Below are positions 19,385 to 31,204 of a stretch of 39,304 bases of DNA, piece after piece. Origin of the DNA: Variovorax sp. (lineage in GTDB: Bacteria > Pseudomonadota > Gammaproteobacteria > Burkholderiales > Burkholderiaceae_C); contig JAQGMX010000239.1 in assembly GCA_028292145.1 (NCBI GenBank), positions 1-39,304 of the forward strand, written 5' to 3'. The translations under genes were made by a program, and so were the position numbers. The notes under the pieces were generated by a model that was not told the DNA's origin, searched no databases, and saw only the letters and a program-made list of their open reading frames with translations. The first letter of the stretch is position 1, and every line of letters begins with the position of its first letter.

Positions 19385-19690
19385 TTACCAGCTGGCCTTG
19401 GTGACACCGGGGATGTCGCCATTGAAAGCCAGTTCGCGGATCTTGGCGCGAGCCAGACCGAATTGACGGAACGTGCCACGCGGACGACCGGTGATCGCGC
19501 AACGATTGCGCTGGCGCGTAGGGTTCGCATTGCGCGGCAGCTTTTGCAGGCCGAGACGCGCAGCGGCGCGCTCTTCGTCGGACTTGCTCATGTCGCTGGA
19601 AGTCGCCTTCAGCTCTGCGTGCTTGGCTGCGTACTTGGCAACCAGCTTGTCGCGCTTGAGTTCGCGTTGGATCAAAGATTGTTTAGCCAT
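19385..19690 (-). CDS. rpsN: 30S ribosomal protein S14 (long, zinc-independent type)
   Basis: [10 protein letters not shown]...[11 protein letters not shown]...IPGVTKASW, 101 aa. Confidence 0.98.
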   Translation of the reverse strand: MAKQSLIQRELKRDKLVAKYAAKHAELKATSSDMSKSDEERAAARLGLQKLPRNANPTRQRNRCAITGRPRGTFRQFGLARAKIRELAFNGDIPGVTKASW

Positions 19691-19697
19691 GTGCGCC

Positions 19698-20237
19698 TCA
19701 GTTCTTGAACGGGAAACGGAAACCAGCGAGAAGAGCCTTGGCTTCTTCGTCGGTCTTTGCCGTCGTCGTGATGCTGATGTTGAGACCGCGCAGGGCATCG
19801 ACCTTGTCGTATTCGATCTCGGGGAAAATGATCTGCTCTTTCACGCCGATGTTGTAGTTGCCACGACCATCGAACGCACGACCAGAGATGCCGCGGAAGT
19901 CACGAACGCGCGGCAGGGCCACGGTCACGAAACGGTCCAGGAATTCATACATCTGCACGCCGCGCAGCGTGACCATGCAGCCGATCGGTTGCATTTCGCG
20001 GATCTTGAAACCGGCGATGGCCTTCTTCGACTTGGTGACCACCGGCTTCTGTCCGGCAATCTTCGTGAGGTCGCCGACAGCGTTGTCGAGGACCTTCTTG
20101 TCGGCAACCGCTTCACCCACACCCATGTTGAGCGTGATCTTGGTGATGCGTGGAACCTGCATCGGCGACTTGTAGCCGAACTTTTCGGTCAGGTCTTTCG
20201 CGATCTTTTCGCGGTAGATTTGTTGGAGACGTGCCAT
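19698..20237 (-). CDS. rplE: 50S ribosomal protein L5
   Basis: [27 protein letters not shown]. Confidence 0.99.
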   Translation of the reverse strand: MARLQQIYREKIAKDLTEKFGYKSPMQVPRITKITLNMGVGEAVADKKVLDNAVGDLTKIAGQKPVVTKSKKAIAGFKIREMQPIGCMVTLRGVQMYEFLDRFVTVALPRVRDFRGISGRAFDGRGNYNIGVKEQIIFPEIEYDKVDALRGLNISITTTAKTDEEAKALLAGFRFPFKN

Positions 20238-20248
20238 CTGAATGCTCC

Positions 20249-20566
20249 TTAGGCGATCTTGATTTCGTCGCCGCTGGACTTGTAAACGCGCACGCGCTTG
20301 CCGTCCGTGATCTTGATGCCAACGCGATCGGCCTTGCCGGTCGCAGCATTGAAGATCGCCACGTTGGATTGGTGGATGGGCATGGTCTTTTCGACGATGC
20401 CACCGGTCGTACCCTTGAGGGGGTTCGGCTTGGTGTGCTTCTTGACGGTGTTGATGCCGTCGACGATCACATGCGAGTCGTCCTTGCGGAGCGAAACCGT
20501 GCCGCGCTTGCCCTTGTCGCGTCCGGTCAATACGATGACCTGGTCGCCTTTGCGAATCTTGTTCAT
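20249..20566 (-). CDS. rplX: 50S ribosomal protein L24
   Basis: [20 protein letters not shown] (KOW motif). Confidence 0.99.
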   Translation of the reverse strand: MNKIRKGDQVIVLTGRDKGKRGTVSLRKDDSHVIVDGINTVKKHTKPNPLKGTTGGIVEKTMPIHQSNVAIFNAATGKADRVGIKITDGKRVRVYKSSGDEIKIA

Positions 20567-20577
20567 GTCGTACGTCC

Positions 20578-20946
20578 TTACAGAACTTCAGGTGCCAGCG
20601 AGACGATCTTCATGAACTTCTCGGTGCGCAGTTCACGCGTGACCGGTCCGAAGATGCGCGTGCCGATGGGCTCGAGCTTGGCATTGAGCAGAACGGCGGC
20701 ATTGCCGTCGAACTTCACGAGCGAGCCGTCTGCGCGACGGATGCCCTTGGCGGTGCGAACGACCACTGCGCTATAGATCTCGCCTTTTTTGACGCGACCA
20801 CGCGGAGCGGCTTCCTTGATGCTGACCTTGATGACGTCGCCCACGCTGGCGTAACGCCGCTTGGAGCCACCGAGCACCTTAATACACAGGACGGATTTAG
20901 CGCCTGTGTTGTCGGCTACTTCGAGCCTGGATTCAGTTTGGATCAT
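20578..20946 (-). CDS. rplN: 50S ribosomal protein L14
   Basis: [17 protein letters not shown]...[10 protein letters not shown], 122 aa from ATG 20946. Confidence 0.99.
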   Translation of the reverse strand: MIQTESRLEVADNTGAKSVLCIKVLGGSKRRYASVGDVIKVSIKEAAPRGRVKKGEIYSAVVVRTAKGIRRADGSLVKFDGNAAVLLNAKLEPIGTRIFGPVTRELRTEKFMKIVSLAPEVL

Positions 20947-21094
20947 TTTGATTAGTTCCCAACTTGTACCGAATCTGCCTCGCCGTTGTGGCAAGACCTG
21001 ATCGCGGTCAGTCTTGGGCCCGTCGTCCGCACCCCAAACCACTTGGAGCGCTTCCGCTGGGCAGAAGCTTCGCCGTTTTGTAGCGAAGCCTGCG

Positions 21095-21123
21095 ATTGTT
21101 GCACACGGGTTTTGGCGTGTCAA
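21095..21123 (-). promoter_or_regulatory. Sigma70 promoter of the spc operon
   Basis: TTGACA (21123-21118), 17-bp spacer ending in TGC (extended -10 TGn), AACAAT (21100-21095). Confidence 0.65.
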
Positions 21124-21176
21124 CATGCTTCATGCAAAGGATCGTTGTCGGGGACTGAAAAAGCGACAATGCAGCC

Positions 21177-22022
21177 ATGCCGATCCAAGACACCTCCTCT
21201 GCAGCGTCCCTTCCGCCCGTGGCCTTCATCGGCGGGGGCAACATGGCGAGCGCCATTCTCGGCGGATTGATTCGCCAGGGACTGCCAGCAACTGCGGTGG
21301 AAGTCGTCGAGCCCCATGAAGACGCACGCCTGCGTCTTGCCCGGGATTTTGGCATCACGGCGCAAGCCGAGGCAAACGCAGCGCTTTCACGTTGCGCGCT
21401 GGTTGTGTGGGCCGTGAAGCCGCAGACGTTCGCCGACGCCGCCGCGCCGGTCCGTCAGTGGACCGGCGACAGCCTGCACGTGAGCGTGGCGGCAGGGATT
21501 CCCTCGGACAGCATTGCGCGCTGGCTGGGGACCGAGAACATCGTGCGCGCCATGCCCAACACGCCGGCGCTGGTCGGCAAGGGAATGACGGGAATGTTCG
21601 CGCGGCCCGGCGTATCGGACGAGGGCCGTGGCCTGGTCGAGCGTCTGCTGTCGCCGACCGGTGAACTGCTGTGGGTGGAAGCCGAAAGCGCCCTGGACGC
21701 CGTCACGGCGATGTCAGGCTCGGGACCGGCCTATGTCTTCTATTTCATCGAAGCCATGATCGAAGCGGGTGTCGACATGGGCCTGAGCGCTGCGCAGGCA
21801 CGACAACTGGCCGTTGGCACCTTCACCGGCGCGTCCGCCTTGGCTGCGGCTGCGAGCGAGCCGCTCTCGGTGCTTCGCGAACGCGTAACGTCTGAGGGCG
21901 GCACGACGCACGCCGCGTTGACATCCATGGAGTCGGACCAGATCAAGGCGAAGTTCAAGAAGGCGATGGGTGCCGCTGAACAGCGGGCCCGGGAACTGGC
22001 GATCGAGTTCGGCCGCGCGTGA
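21177..22022 (+). CDS. proC: Pyrroline-5-carboxylate reductase
   Basis: FIGGGNMA, WAVKPQ, RAMPNTP, SGSGPAY, VTS.GGTT. Confidence 0.97.
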   Translation: MPIQDTSSAASLPPVAFIGGGNMASAILGGLIRQGLPATAVEVVEPHEDARLRLARDFGITAQAEANAALSRCALVVWAVKPQTFADAAAPVRQWTGDSLHVSVAAGIPSDSIARWLGTENIVRAMPNTPALVGKGMTGMFARPGVSDEGRGLVERLLSPTGELLWVEAESALDAVTAMSGSGPAYVFYFIEAMIEAGVDMGLSAAQARQLAVGTFTGASALAAAASEPLSVLRERVTSEGGTTHAALTSMESDQIKAKFKKAMGAAEQRARELAIEFGRA

Positions 22023-22070
22023 GCTGCGGAACTGCAAGCCGGCGATCTAGGGATTTGGGGATTTAGCGGT

Positions 22071-22979
22071 TCAGCGAGCCGCCTGGCTGGCCTGGATTGC
22101 ATACCCGGCGACGATGCCGGCGAACACCGCGAAGCCGATCCAGTGGTTGAGGCGGAAAGCCTTGAAACAGCCGTCTCGGGTCCGGTCGCGGATCAACTTC
22201 CAGTGCCACAGCACCTGCGCAGCGGCGGCGCCCATGCCGAGCACAAACGCAAAGCCGAGTCCTACCCGCCAACCCGCAACGCCCCAGATGCCCAGGAATG
22301 CCGCGTAGCAGAACATCACGATGCCGACATCGGCGCGTCCGAAGGTGATGGCCGACGTCTTCATGCCGATCTTGAGGTCGTCGTCGCGATCGACCATCGC
22401 GTATTCGGTGTCGTAGGCCAGCACCCAGGCCAGGTTGCCGACAAGCAGCGCCCAGGCCAACGGCGGCACGCGCGAAAGCATCTCGCCCGCCCCTACCTGC
22501 GGACCGCCGACGGCGCAGAACGCCATCGGAATGCCGATCGAGAACGCGACCCCCAGCACCGCCTGCGGCACCGAAACGAAGCGCTTCGCGAACGGATAGG
22601 CCAGCGTCACGCCCAACCCCACCACCGACCACGCAATCACCGCCGCATTGGTCGTCAGCGCTAATCCGAACGCGGCCAGCGCGAGCAATCCGCCAAAGAC
22701 CAGCGCCTGCTTGACCGAAATCGCCCCACTCGTCACCGGCCGCTGCGCCGTGCGCTTCACGTGCCGGTCGAAATCGCGGTCCGCCACGTCGTTGACGCAG
22801 CACCCCGCACTGCGCATCAGGATCGTGCCGAAAACGAACACCGCCAGCAGATGCCACCCCGGCCACCCACCCGCCGCAAACCAGAGCGCCCCCAGCGTCG
22901 GCCAGAGCAGCAACAGCCACCCGGCCGGCCGGTTCCAGCGGATCAGGTCCAGATACAGCCCCACGCGACCTCCCGCCAT
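22071..22979 (-). CDS. ubiA: 4-hydroxybenzoate polyprenyltransferase
   Basis: [49 protein letters not shown]. Start 22979 or 23009. Confidence 0.96.
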   Translation of the reverse strand: MAGGRVGLYLDLIRWNRPAGWLLLLWPTLGALWFAAGGWPGWHLLAVFVFGTILMRSAGCCVNDVADRDFDRHVKRTAQRPVTSGAISVKQALVFGGLLALAAFGLALTTNAAVIAWSVVGLGVTLAYPFAKRFVSVPQAVLGVAFSIGIPMAFCAVGGPQVGAGEMLSRVPPLAWALLVGNLAWVLAYDTEYAMVDRDDDLKIGMKTSAITFGRADVGIVMFCYAAFLGIWGVAGWRVGLGFAFVLGMGAAAAQVLWHWKLIRDRTRDGCFKAFRLNHWIGFAVFAGIVAGYAIQASQAAR

Positions 22980-23088
22980 GATCGAAGCCCCCAGGAAAAA
23001 GAGCGGCATTGTGCCGCTCTGAGTTTCGAACTGCGCAGGTGCTTTCCCATCCTGCCAGTCCCGCTACGAAACAAGCCACCAGTCCAGA

Positions 23089-23174
23089 GACACCGCGGAA
23101 CCGGCTTTGCCGGGCCGCTGGTGTCGCCCCCGGCAGGGGGTAGGCGCTGCGACACGAAGTGCGCAAGCCTGGGG
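23089..23174. repeat. REP-like multi-hairpin intergenic element
   Basis: GACACC-GCGG-AA-CCGGC-TTT-GCCGG-G-CCGC-T-GGTGTC, then CCCCC-GGCA-GGGGG, then AGGC..TGCG..CGCA..GCCT. Resembles a dispersed repeat I recall from Variovorax/Acidovorax; one copy in this window. Confidence 0.6.
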
Positions 23175-23181
23175 CGAGCAA

Positions 23182-23784
23182 TCAGTCCTCGAGGAGCGAG
23201 CGCAGCATCCAGGCGGTCTGGTCGTGCACCGTGCAGCGCGCGGTCAGCATGTCGGCGGTCGGGGCGTCGCTGGCTTCTTCGGCCACCGGAATGAACTCGC
23301 GCGAGATGCGCGAGACGGTTTCATGCCCCTTCACCAGGATGCGAACCATCTCCATCGCCTTGGGCGGCGTCTGCGGCACATCGGGCACCGTCGCGATCTT
23401 GCTGAACTCGGCGTACGAACCCGGCGCGTAGTGGCCGAGTGCACGGATGCGCTCGGCGATGACGTCGGTCGCGCCCCACAGTTCGGTGTACTGGTCCATG
23501 AACATCGCGTGCAGCGAGTTGAAGTGCGGGCCGGTCACGTTCCAGTGGAAATTGTGGGTCGTGAGGTACAGCGTGTAGGTGTCGGCCAGCACGCGGCTCA
23601 GGCCTTCGGCGATGGCTGCACGGTCCTGGCGCTCGATGCCGATGTTGATGATCGGTGCGTTGCGGCTGCCCGATTCCTGCGCGACTTGTGCATCGCCCTT
23701 GGTCGGAACCTTGCCTTCGCCGGACGACGGCATCGGCGGGATGGGTTTGATCTTCTTCAGGGATTTGCTGGGTTCTTTGGCCAT
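23182..23784 (-). CDS. dps: Dps-family DNA protection protein
   Basis: LADTYTLYLTTHNFHWNVTGPHFNSLH..F, D.IAERIRALG, AWMLRS. Confidence 0.96.
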   Translation of the reverse strand: MAKEPSKSLKKIKPIPPMPSSGEGKVPTKGDAQVAQESGSRNAPIINIGIERQDRAAIAEGLSRVLADTYTLYLTTHNFHWNVTGPHFNSLHAMFMDQYTELWGATDVIAERIRALGHYAPGSYAEFSKIATVPDVPQTPPKAMEMVRILVKGHETVSRISREFIPVAEEASDAPTADMLTARCTVHDQTAWMLRSLLED

Positions 23785-23871
23785 GACGACGGGTCCTTCG
23801 ATTGAAACAACATGAATAACTCTAGCGCAGCCCTCATGGGCAACCGCGTCAGCCGGACGCGCGAAACCGCA

Positions 23872-24837
23872 TCACGATAGCCGCTTCACGCCCGGCAACT
23901 CGCAACCATAGATCGCATTGCGCAATGCCGCAATCGCTTCGTAGCGCGTGAAACTGCGCCGCCAGGCCAGCACCACGCGCCGCATCGGCGGCTCGCGGCC
24001 TTCGCCGTCGTGGATCGGCAGGTAGCGCACCAGCTGATCGGGCTCCTTGCGGCCCTTGCCCTTCGGACCGAGCCCGTCCGCCGGCACCGACAGTCGCGGC
24101 ACCAGCGTCACGCCCATTCCCGAAGCCACCATGTGCTTGATGGTTTCCAGCGACGAGCCTTCGAAACTCTTGCGGATGCCTTCCGCGTTGCTCGAGAAGC
24201 GCGCGAATTCCGGGCACACCTCCAGCACATGATCGCGAAAGCAGTGGCCGGTTCCGAGCAGCAGCATCGTCTCGCTCTTGAGCTCGTCCGAGGTGATGGA
24301 TTCGCGCGCCGCCAGCGGATGGCTCACCGGTACGACCGCGACGAAGGGCTCGTCGTACAAAGGTGCGATCGCCAGACCGGTGTCGGGAAACGGCTCGGCC
24401 ATGATGGCGCAGTCGACCTCGCCGGCGCGCAGCATTTCCAGCAGCTTGGCGGTGAAGTTTTCCTGCAGCATCAGCGGCATTTGCGGCGTGCGGGCGATGT
24501 TCTGGCGCACCAGGTCGGGCAGCAGATAGGGCCCGATCGTGTAGATGATGCCGAGGTTGAGCGGACCGTCCAGCGGATCTTTTCCGCGCTTGGCGATTTC
24601 CTTGATGCTCGCGGCCTTGTCGAGCACGCTCTGTGCCTGTTGAACGATCTGCTCGCCGAGCGGCGTCACGGTGACTTCGCCGGCGCTTCGCTCGAAAAGC
24701 TTGACCTCCAGTTCGTCTTCCAGCTTCTTGATGGCCACCGACAGCGTCGGCTGCGAAACGTAGCAGGCGTCCGCCGCCTTGCCGAAATGCCGCTCCCGAG
24801 CGACTGCAACGATGTATTTGAGTTCGGTGAGGGTCAT
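23872..24837 (-). CDS. oxyR: Hydrogen peroxide-sensing LysR regulator OxyR
   Basis: MTLTELKYIVAVARERHFGKAA...VSQPTLS HTH; redox Cys pair GHCFRDHVLEVC; located between recG and dps. Confidence 0.95.
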   Translation of the reverse strand: MTLTELKYIVAVARERHFGKAADACYVSQPTLSVAIKKLEDELEVKLFERSAGEVTVTPLGEQIVQQAQSVLDKAASIKEIAKRGKDPLDGPLNLGIIYTIGPYLLPDLVRQNIARTPQMPLMLQENFTAKLLEMLRAGEVDCAIMAEPFPDTGLAIAPLYDEPFVAVVPVSHPLAARESITSDELKSETMLLLGTGHCFRDHVLEVCPEFARFSSNAEGIRKSFEGSSLETIKHMVASGMGVTLVPRLSVPADGLGPKGKGRKEPDQLVRYLPIHDGEGREPPMRRVVLAWRRSFTRYEAIAALRNAIYGCELPGVKRLS

Positions 24838-24871
24838 GCGCAGCGTAATTATGCGCAAGCGCCACGACACT

Positions 24872-24943
24872 CTTACAAATATTCACCTACGACCTTCAAG
24901 TAGTCGGCATGTACGCCTTCATTTACGCCTTCAGGTATTCGGC
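24872..24943 (-). repeat. Degenerate tandem copies of the recG 3' end
   Basis: Native GCCGAATACCTGAAGGCGTAA followed by TGAAGGCGTA, GCCGACTACTTGAAGGTCGTA and GGTGAATATTTGTAA. Confidence 0.6.
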
Positions 24944-27058
24944 CTTGCTGCCGAGCCACCGATCGACATGCTTTTGTGCCAGTGCCGGATGCTGGTCGAG
25001 CATCCGCGGCGCCAGCTCCCGAGCCCAATCGAGCAGCAGTGCGTCGGTCTCCAGATCCGCGAACCGCAGCAGCGGCGCGCCGGATTGCTTGGCGCCCAGA
25101 AATTCGCCGGGGCCGCGAATTTCCAGATCGCGCCGCGCGATCTCGAAACCGTCGCCCGTCTCGGCCATCGCCTTGAGCCGGGCGCGCGCCGTCTCTCCGA
25201 CGCGGCCGCCTTCGTTCGGCGCGTACAGAAGCACGCAGGCCGACGCCGCCGCACCGCGCCCGACGCGCCCGCGCAACTGGTGCAGCTGCGACAGCCCGAA
25301 GCGCTCGGCATGCTCGATCACCATCAGCGACGCATTCGGCACGTCGACGCCGACCTCGATCACGGTCGTGCTCACCAGCACCTGCACTTCGTTTGCCGTG
25401 AATTGCGCCATCACCGCCTGCTTCTCGGACGTCGGCATGCGTGAATGCAGCAACCCGACCTTGACGCTGTCGCCCAGCACGCCGGCCAGTTCGTCGCGCG
25501 TTTCGGTGGCGTTGCGCAGATCGACCGCCTCGCTTTCTTCGATCAGCGGACACACCCAGTACACCTGCCGCCCCTGCGCCAGTTGCGACTGGATGCGGTC
25601 GATGACCTCGTCACGGCGATGTTCGGCGACCAGCTTCGTGACGATGGGCGTGCGTCCCGGCGGCAGCTCGTCGAGCGTGGAGACGTCGAGGTCGGCGTAG
25701 TAGCTCATCGCCAGCGTGCGCGGGATCGGCGTCGCGCTCATCATCAGCATGTGCGGTTCGCGGGCTGCGCCCGAGCCGTCGCCGACGGCTTTTCCGCGCA
25801 AGGCCAGTAGCTGCGCGACGCCGAAGAGATGCTGCTCGTCGATGATGGCCAGCGCCAGCCGCTTGAAGCGCACCTTCTCCGAAATGACCGCGTGCGTGCC
25901 GATCACCAGCGCAGCCTCGCCGTTTTCCACCGCCGCCGACATGCCGTCGCGCTCCTTCTTCTTCTGGCTGCCGGTGAGCCAGGCGACGCGCAGGCCGCGC
26001 GCGGCGAGCAGCGGATCGAGCCAGCCGACCAGCTTGCTGAAATGCTGCGCGGCAAGGATCTCGGTCGGCGCCATCAGCGCACACTGGAAGCCGGCGTCGA
26101 TGCAGCGCGCCGCGGCCAGCGCGGCGACGACCGTCTTGCCGGAGCCAACATCGCCCTGCAGCAACCGGTGCATCGGCAGATCGCGCGCCAGATCGTGCGT
26201 GATTTCCTCGCCAACGCGCTGTTGTGCGCCGGTCAGCCCGAAAGGCAGCACCGCCAGCAGTTGCGCATGCAGCGACGTGGCCGCGGCGGACGGCTTCAAG
26301 GCAGGCGCGCGCAAGGCGGCACGCTCGCGGCGCGCCTGAAGCTGCGACAGCTGTTGCGCCAGCAGTTCCTCGGCCTTGAGTCGTTGCCAGGCCGGATGGC
26401 TGCGGTCTTCGAGCGCGGCCATCGAGACATCGGGCGTCGGATAGTGGAGGAATTGCAGCGCCTGGCGCAGCGTCCAGGCGCCGCGCAGGTCGGCCGGTTC
26501 CGGCACGGTTTCCTCCAGCGGTGCGCGTGCCAGTCCGGAGCGCACTTCGCGTCGCAACTGCGGCTGCGCGAGGCCGGCGATGGTCGAATAGACCGGCGTC
26601 AGCGCCTCCGGCAGCGAAGTGCCGGCCGCCTTGACGGTCGGATGCATCATCTGCCGCCCGATGAAGCCGCCACGGACCTCGCCGCGCAGCCGCACCCGCT
26701 TGCCGACTTCGAGCTGCTTCTGCTGCGACGGATAGAAGTTGAAGAAGCGCAGCTGACAGGTGTCGCTGCCGTCGTCCACCGTCACCACGAGCTGGCGGCG
26801 CGGGCGATAGGACACTTCGCACGCCGTCACGACGGCTTCGATCTGCGCCATGTCGCCGTCGCGCACGTCGGCCAGCCGGACGACACGGGTCTCGTCCTCG
26901 TAGCGCATCGGCAGGTAGAGCGCGAAGTCGATGTCGCGCACCAGGCCGAGCTTGCGCAGTGCGCGCTGGGCTAGGCTCGGGCCGGTGCCGGGCGGCTTCG
27001 GCGGCGCGGCCGGCACTGCGGGCCCGACAGGCCCGGGTGTGGATGACTGGGTCAGCAC
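24923..27058 (-). CDS. recG: ATP-dependent DNA helicase RecG
   Basis: LPMRYED, RLLQGDVGSGKT, MAPTEILA, DEQH, MSATPIPRTL, LHQLRGRVGRG, DLEIRGPGEFLG. Probable GTG start at 27058, overlapping the upstream gene's stop. Confidence 0.96.
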   Translation of the reverse strand: MLTQSSTPGPVGPAVPAAPPKPPGTGPSLAQRALRKLGLVRDIDFALYLPMRYEDETRVVRLADVRDGDMAQIEAVVTACEVSYRPRRQLVVTVDDGSDTCQLRFFNFYPSQQKQLEVGKRVRLRGEVRGGFIGRQMMHPTVKAAGTSLPEALTPVYSTIAGLAQPQLRREVRSGLARAPLEETVPEPADLRGAWTLRQALQFLHYPTPDVSMAALEDRSHPAWQRLKAEELLAQQLSQLQARRERAALRAPALKPSAAATSLHAQLLAVLPFGLTGAQQRVGEEITHDLARDLPMHRLLQGDVGSGKTVVAALAAARCIDAGFQCALMAPTEILAAQHFSKLVGWLDPLLAARGLRVAWLTGSQKKKERDGMSAAVENGEAALVIGTHAVISEKVRFKRLALAIIDEQHLFGVAQLLALRGKAVGDGSGAAREPHMLMMSATPIPRTLAMSYYADLDVSTLDELPPGRTPIVTKLVAEHRRDEVIDRIQSQLAQGRQVYWVCPLIEESEAVDLRNATETRDELAGVLGDSVKVGLLHSRMPTSEKQAVMAQFTANEVQVLVSTTVIEVGVDVPNASLMVIEHAERFGLSQLHQLRGRVGRGAAASACVLLYAPNEGGRVGETARARLKAMAETGDGFEIARRDLEIRGPGEFLGAKQSGAPLLRFADLETDALLLDWARELAPRMLDQHPALAQKHVDRWLGSKAEYLKA

Positions 27059-28038
27059 AGATCCTTCAGCGCGCCCTTCGCATCGGGAAAATCGAATCGA
27101 AAGCCGGTCTGCAACAGGTGCGCGGGCGCGACGCGCTGCCCTTCGAGCAGCAGATCGGATTGCTCGCCGAGCGCCAGCCGAACCGGCCAACCGGGCGTTG
27201 GGAGCAGTGATGGCCGGTGCAGCACTTCTGCCGCGGTTCGCGCGAAGGCCGCCTGCGTCAACGCACCCGGCGCGGTGAAGTTGTAGACCTGTGCCTGTGT
27301 AGGCGTCGGCGAACCGGGCGTCATCGCGACAGCCCAGACGTGCGCCATCGCGCGCAGCACGTCGCGCTCGTGGATCCATGAAAGCACCTGCCGCCCGCCG
27401 CCCATCGGCCCTCCGAGCCCCAGGCGAACTGGCAGCAACAGTTTGGGCAGCGAACCGCCGCTGCGCCCGAACACGACGCCGAAGCGCATGCAGACCACCC
27501 GCACACCGTGGCGGGTGGCCGCGTCTGCCGAAGCTTCCCAGCGGCGGCAGAGTTCGGACATGAACTCAGCTTGCGGCGGACTGGCCTCGGTCAGCGCCTG
27601 CGGATCGTCCTGCCGCTGCACGCCGTAATAGCCGATGGCCGATCCCGACAGCAGCAGCGCGGGTTTCGTGGCCAGCGAGCCGATCCATTCGACCAGCGTG
27701 TTCGTCGTGCCCTCGCGACTGCGCAGCAATGCGGCCTGGCGCGCGGCGGTCCAGCGCGGTCCGAAGATCGGCGCGCCGGCCAGGTTGACGACGACATCGA
27801 CGGCCGGTGTCGCGGGCAGCTCTTCCAGCCGATCGACGCAGCGCACGCCCGCGCCGAGCTTGTTGCCGGCGGCTTTCGGATCGCGCGCCCAGACGCTGAC
27901 CGTGTGACCGTCCGCACGCAGAGCGCGCACCAGCTGACGCCCGATGAAGCCGGTCGCGCCGGTGACCAGCACATGGTTCGGAGCGACGCCGAAGCGCAGG
28001 GGACGGCTGTGGGCCGAAAGGTCGGTGGATGTGGTCAT
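27052..28038 (-). CDS. TIGR01777-family NAD-dependent epimerase/oxidoreductase
   Basis: [58 protein letters not shown]. Confidence 0.92.
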   Translation of the reverse strand: MTTSTDLSAHSRPLRFGVAPNHVLVTGATGFIGRQLVRALRADGHTVSVWARDPKAAGNKLGAGVRCVDRLEELPATPAVDVVVNLAGAPIFGPRWTAARQAALLRSREGTTNTLVEWIGSLATKPALLLSGSAIGYYGVQRQDDPQALTEASPPQAEFMSELCRRWEASADAATRHGVRVVCMRFGVVFGRSGGSLPKLLLPVRLGLGGPMGGGRQVLSWIHERDVLRAMAHVWAVAMTPGSPTPTQAQVYNFTAPGALTQAAFARTAAEVLHRPSLLPTPGWPVRLALGEQSDLLLEGQRVAPAHLLQTGFRFDFPDAKGALKDLC

Positions 28039-28119
28039 GGTCCGATTCTGACGCGCGCCCGGTCAACGATGCGTCGGACGCATGGGAGAATCCGCGCCCG
28101 CTTCCGGCTTTCAAGCACC

Positions 28120-29160
28120 ATGCGCGCCTTCACGCTCTCCGATTTCGATTTCGACCTGCCGCCCGAACTGGTCGCGCAGCATCCAGCCGCCGAACGCACG
28201 TCTTCCCGCCTGCTCGACGGCACGGCCGATGCGCCCGTCGACCGCATCTTTCGCGACCTGCCCAACCTGCTGAACAGCGGCGATCTGCTGGTCTTCAACG
28301 ACACCCGCGTCGTCAAGGCGCGGCTGTTCGGCGAGAAGCCGACCGGCGGCAAGCTCGAGTTGCTGGTCGAGCGCGTGCTGACCGGCAACGAGGTCGTCGC
28401 GCACATGAAGGTCAGCAAGAAGCCGCCGGTCGGTACGGTGCTGCGGATGGTCGGCGGCTTCACCGCCACGCTGCTCGGCCGGTGGCCGGAGGAAGACGGC
28501 GCCCTTTTCCGTTTCGCCTTCGAAAGCCGCTCCGGCGAAGATCCGTATGCGCTGATGGCCCGCTGCGGCCACGTGCCGCTCCCCCCATATATAGAACACA
28601 CGGATTCGGCCGATGACGAAAGCCGCTACCAGACCGTGTTCGCGCGCGTCCCCGGCGCCGTCGCCGCGCCGACCGCCGCGCTGCACTTCGACGAGGGGCT
28701 GCTCGCGCAGCTCGAAGCGCGCGGCGTGCAGCGCGCCAACGTCACGCTGCACGTCGGCGCCGGCACCTTCCAGCCGGTGAAAACCGAGAACATCGCCGAG
28801 CACACCATGCACGCCGAGCGCTATGAAGTGCCCGAAGCCACGCAGCGCGCCATCGCCGACTGCAAGGCGCGCGGCGGGCGGGTGGTCGCGGTCGGCACGA
28901 CGACCGTCCGCACGCTCGAGTCGTGGGCGAAGAGCGGCGAAGCGTCGGGCGATACGCGCATCTTCATCACGCCGGGCTTCGAATTCGCACATGTCGACCT
29001 GCTGGTGACCAATTTCCACCTGCCGAAAAGCACGCTGATGATGCTGGTGAGCGCATTGGCGGGCTACGAGCGGGTGATGGCGCTGTATGCGCATGCGATT
29101 CGCAAGCGCTATCGGTTCTTCAGTTATGGCGATGCCATGCTACTGAAGCTGCAACGATAG
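28120..29160 (+). CDS. queA: S-adenosylmethionine:tRNA ribosyltransferase-isomerase
   Basis: [67 protein letters not shown]; ATG 28120. Confidence 0.97.
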   Translation: MRAFTLSDFDFDLPPELVAQHPAAERTSSRLLDGTADAPVDRIFRDLPNLLNSGDLLVFNDTRVVKARLFGEKPTGGKLELLVERVLTGNEVVAHMKVSKKPPVGTVLRMVGGFTATLLGRWPEEDGALFRFAFESRSGEDPYALMARCGHVPLPPYIEHTDSADDESRYQTVFARVPGAVAAPTAALHFDEGLLAQLEARGVQRANVTLHVGAGTFQPVKTENIAEHTMHAERYEVPEATQRAIADCKARGGRVVAVGTTTVRTLESWAKSGEASGDTRIFITPGFEFAHVDLLVTNFHLPKSTLMMLVSALAGYERVMALYAHAIRKRYRFFSYGDAMLLKLQR

Positions 29161-29188
29161 AATCCCCCTTTACGAAAACCGGATCGAT

Positions 29189-30960
<1,772 letters not shown>

Positions 30961-30971
30961 TTAGGGCAGCC

Positions 30972-31202
30972 ATGACATTCGCGCGCGTTTTTCAGTCGGG
31001 CAACAGTCAGGCGGTACGGCTGCCCAAGGAGTTCAGGCTCGACGCCGAACAGGTGGAAATCTTCCGTCAGGGCGACGACATCGTGCTCCGGCAAAAACCT
31101 GCCAATGCAGCGGCGATCTTCGATCTTCTTGCGAGTCTGCCCGACGATTTCATGGCCTCGGGCCGTGACGACACGGCGCCGCAAGAGCGCGAAGCATTCT
31201 GA
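30972..31202 (+). CDS. vapB: VapB antitoxin (AbrB fold, enteric VapB/VagC type)
   Basis: ARVFQSGNSQAVRLPKEFR....VEIFRQGDDIVLR...PQERE. Confidence 0.95.
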   Translation: MTFARVFQSGNSQAVRLPKEFRLDAEQVEIFRQGDDIVLRQKPANAAAIFDLLASLPDDFMASGRDDTAPQEREAF

Positions 31203-31204
31203 GA

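Noticed and set aside
24872-24943. CRISPR-like mini-array
   Set aside because: The repeats are degenerate, lack regular spacers, derive from recG coding sequence, and no cas genes are present.
27059-28119. Long N-terminal extensions of recG (from 27379) and queA (from 27508)
   Set aside because: Both overlap the TIGR01777 gene and have no family-like sequence.
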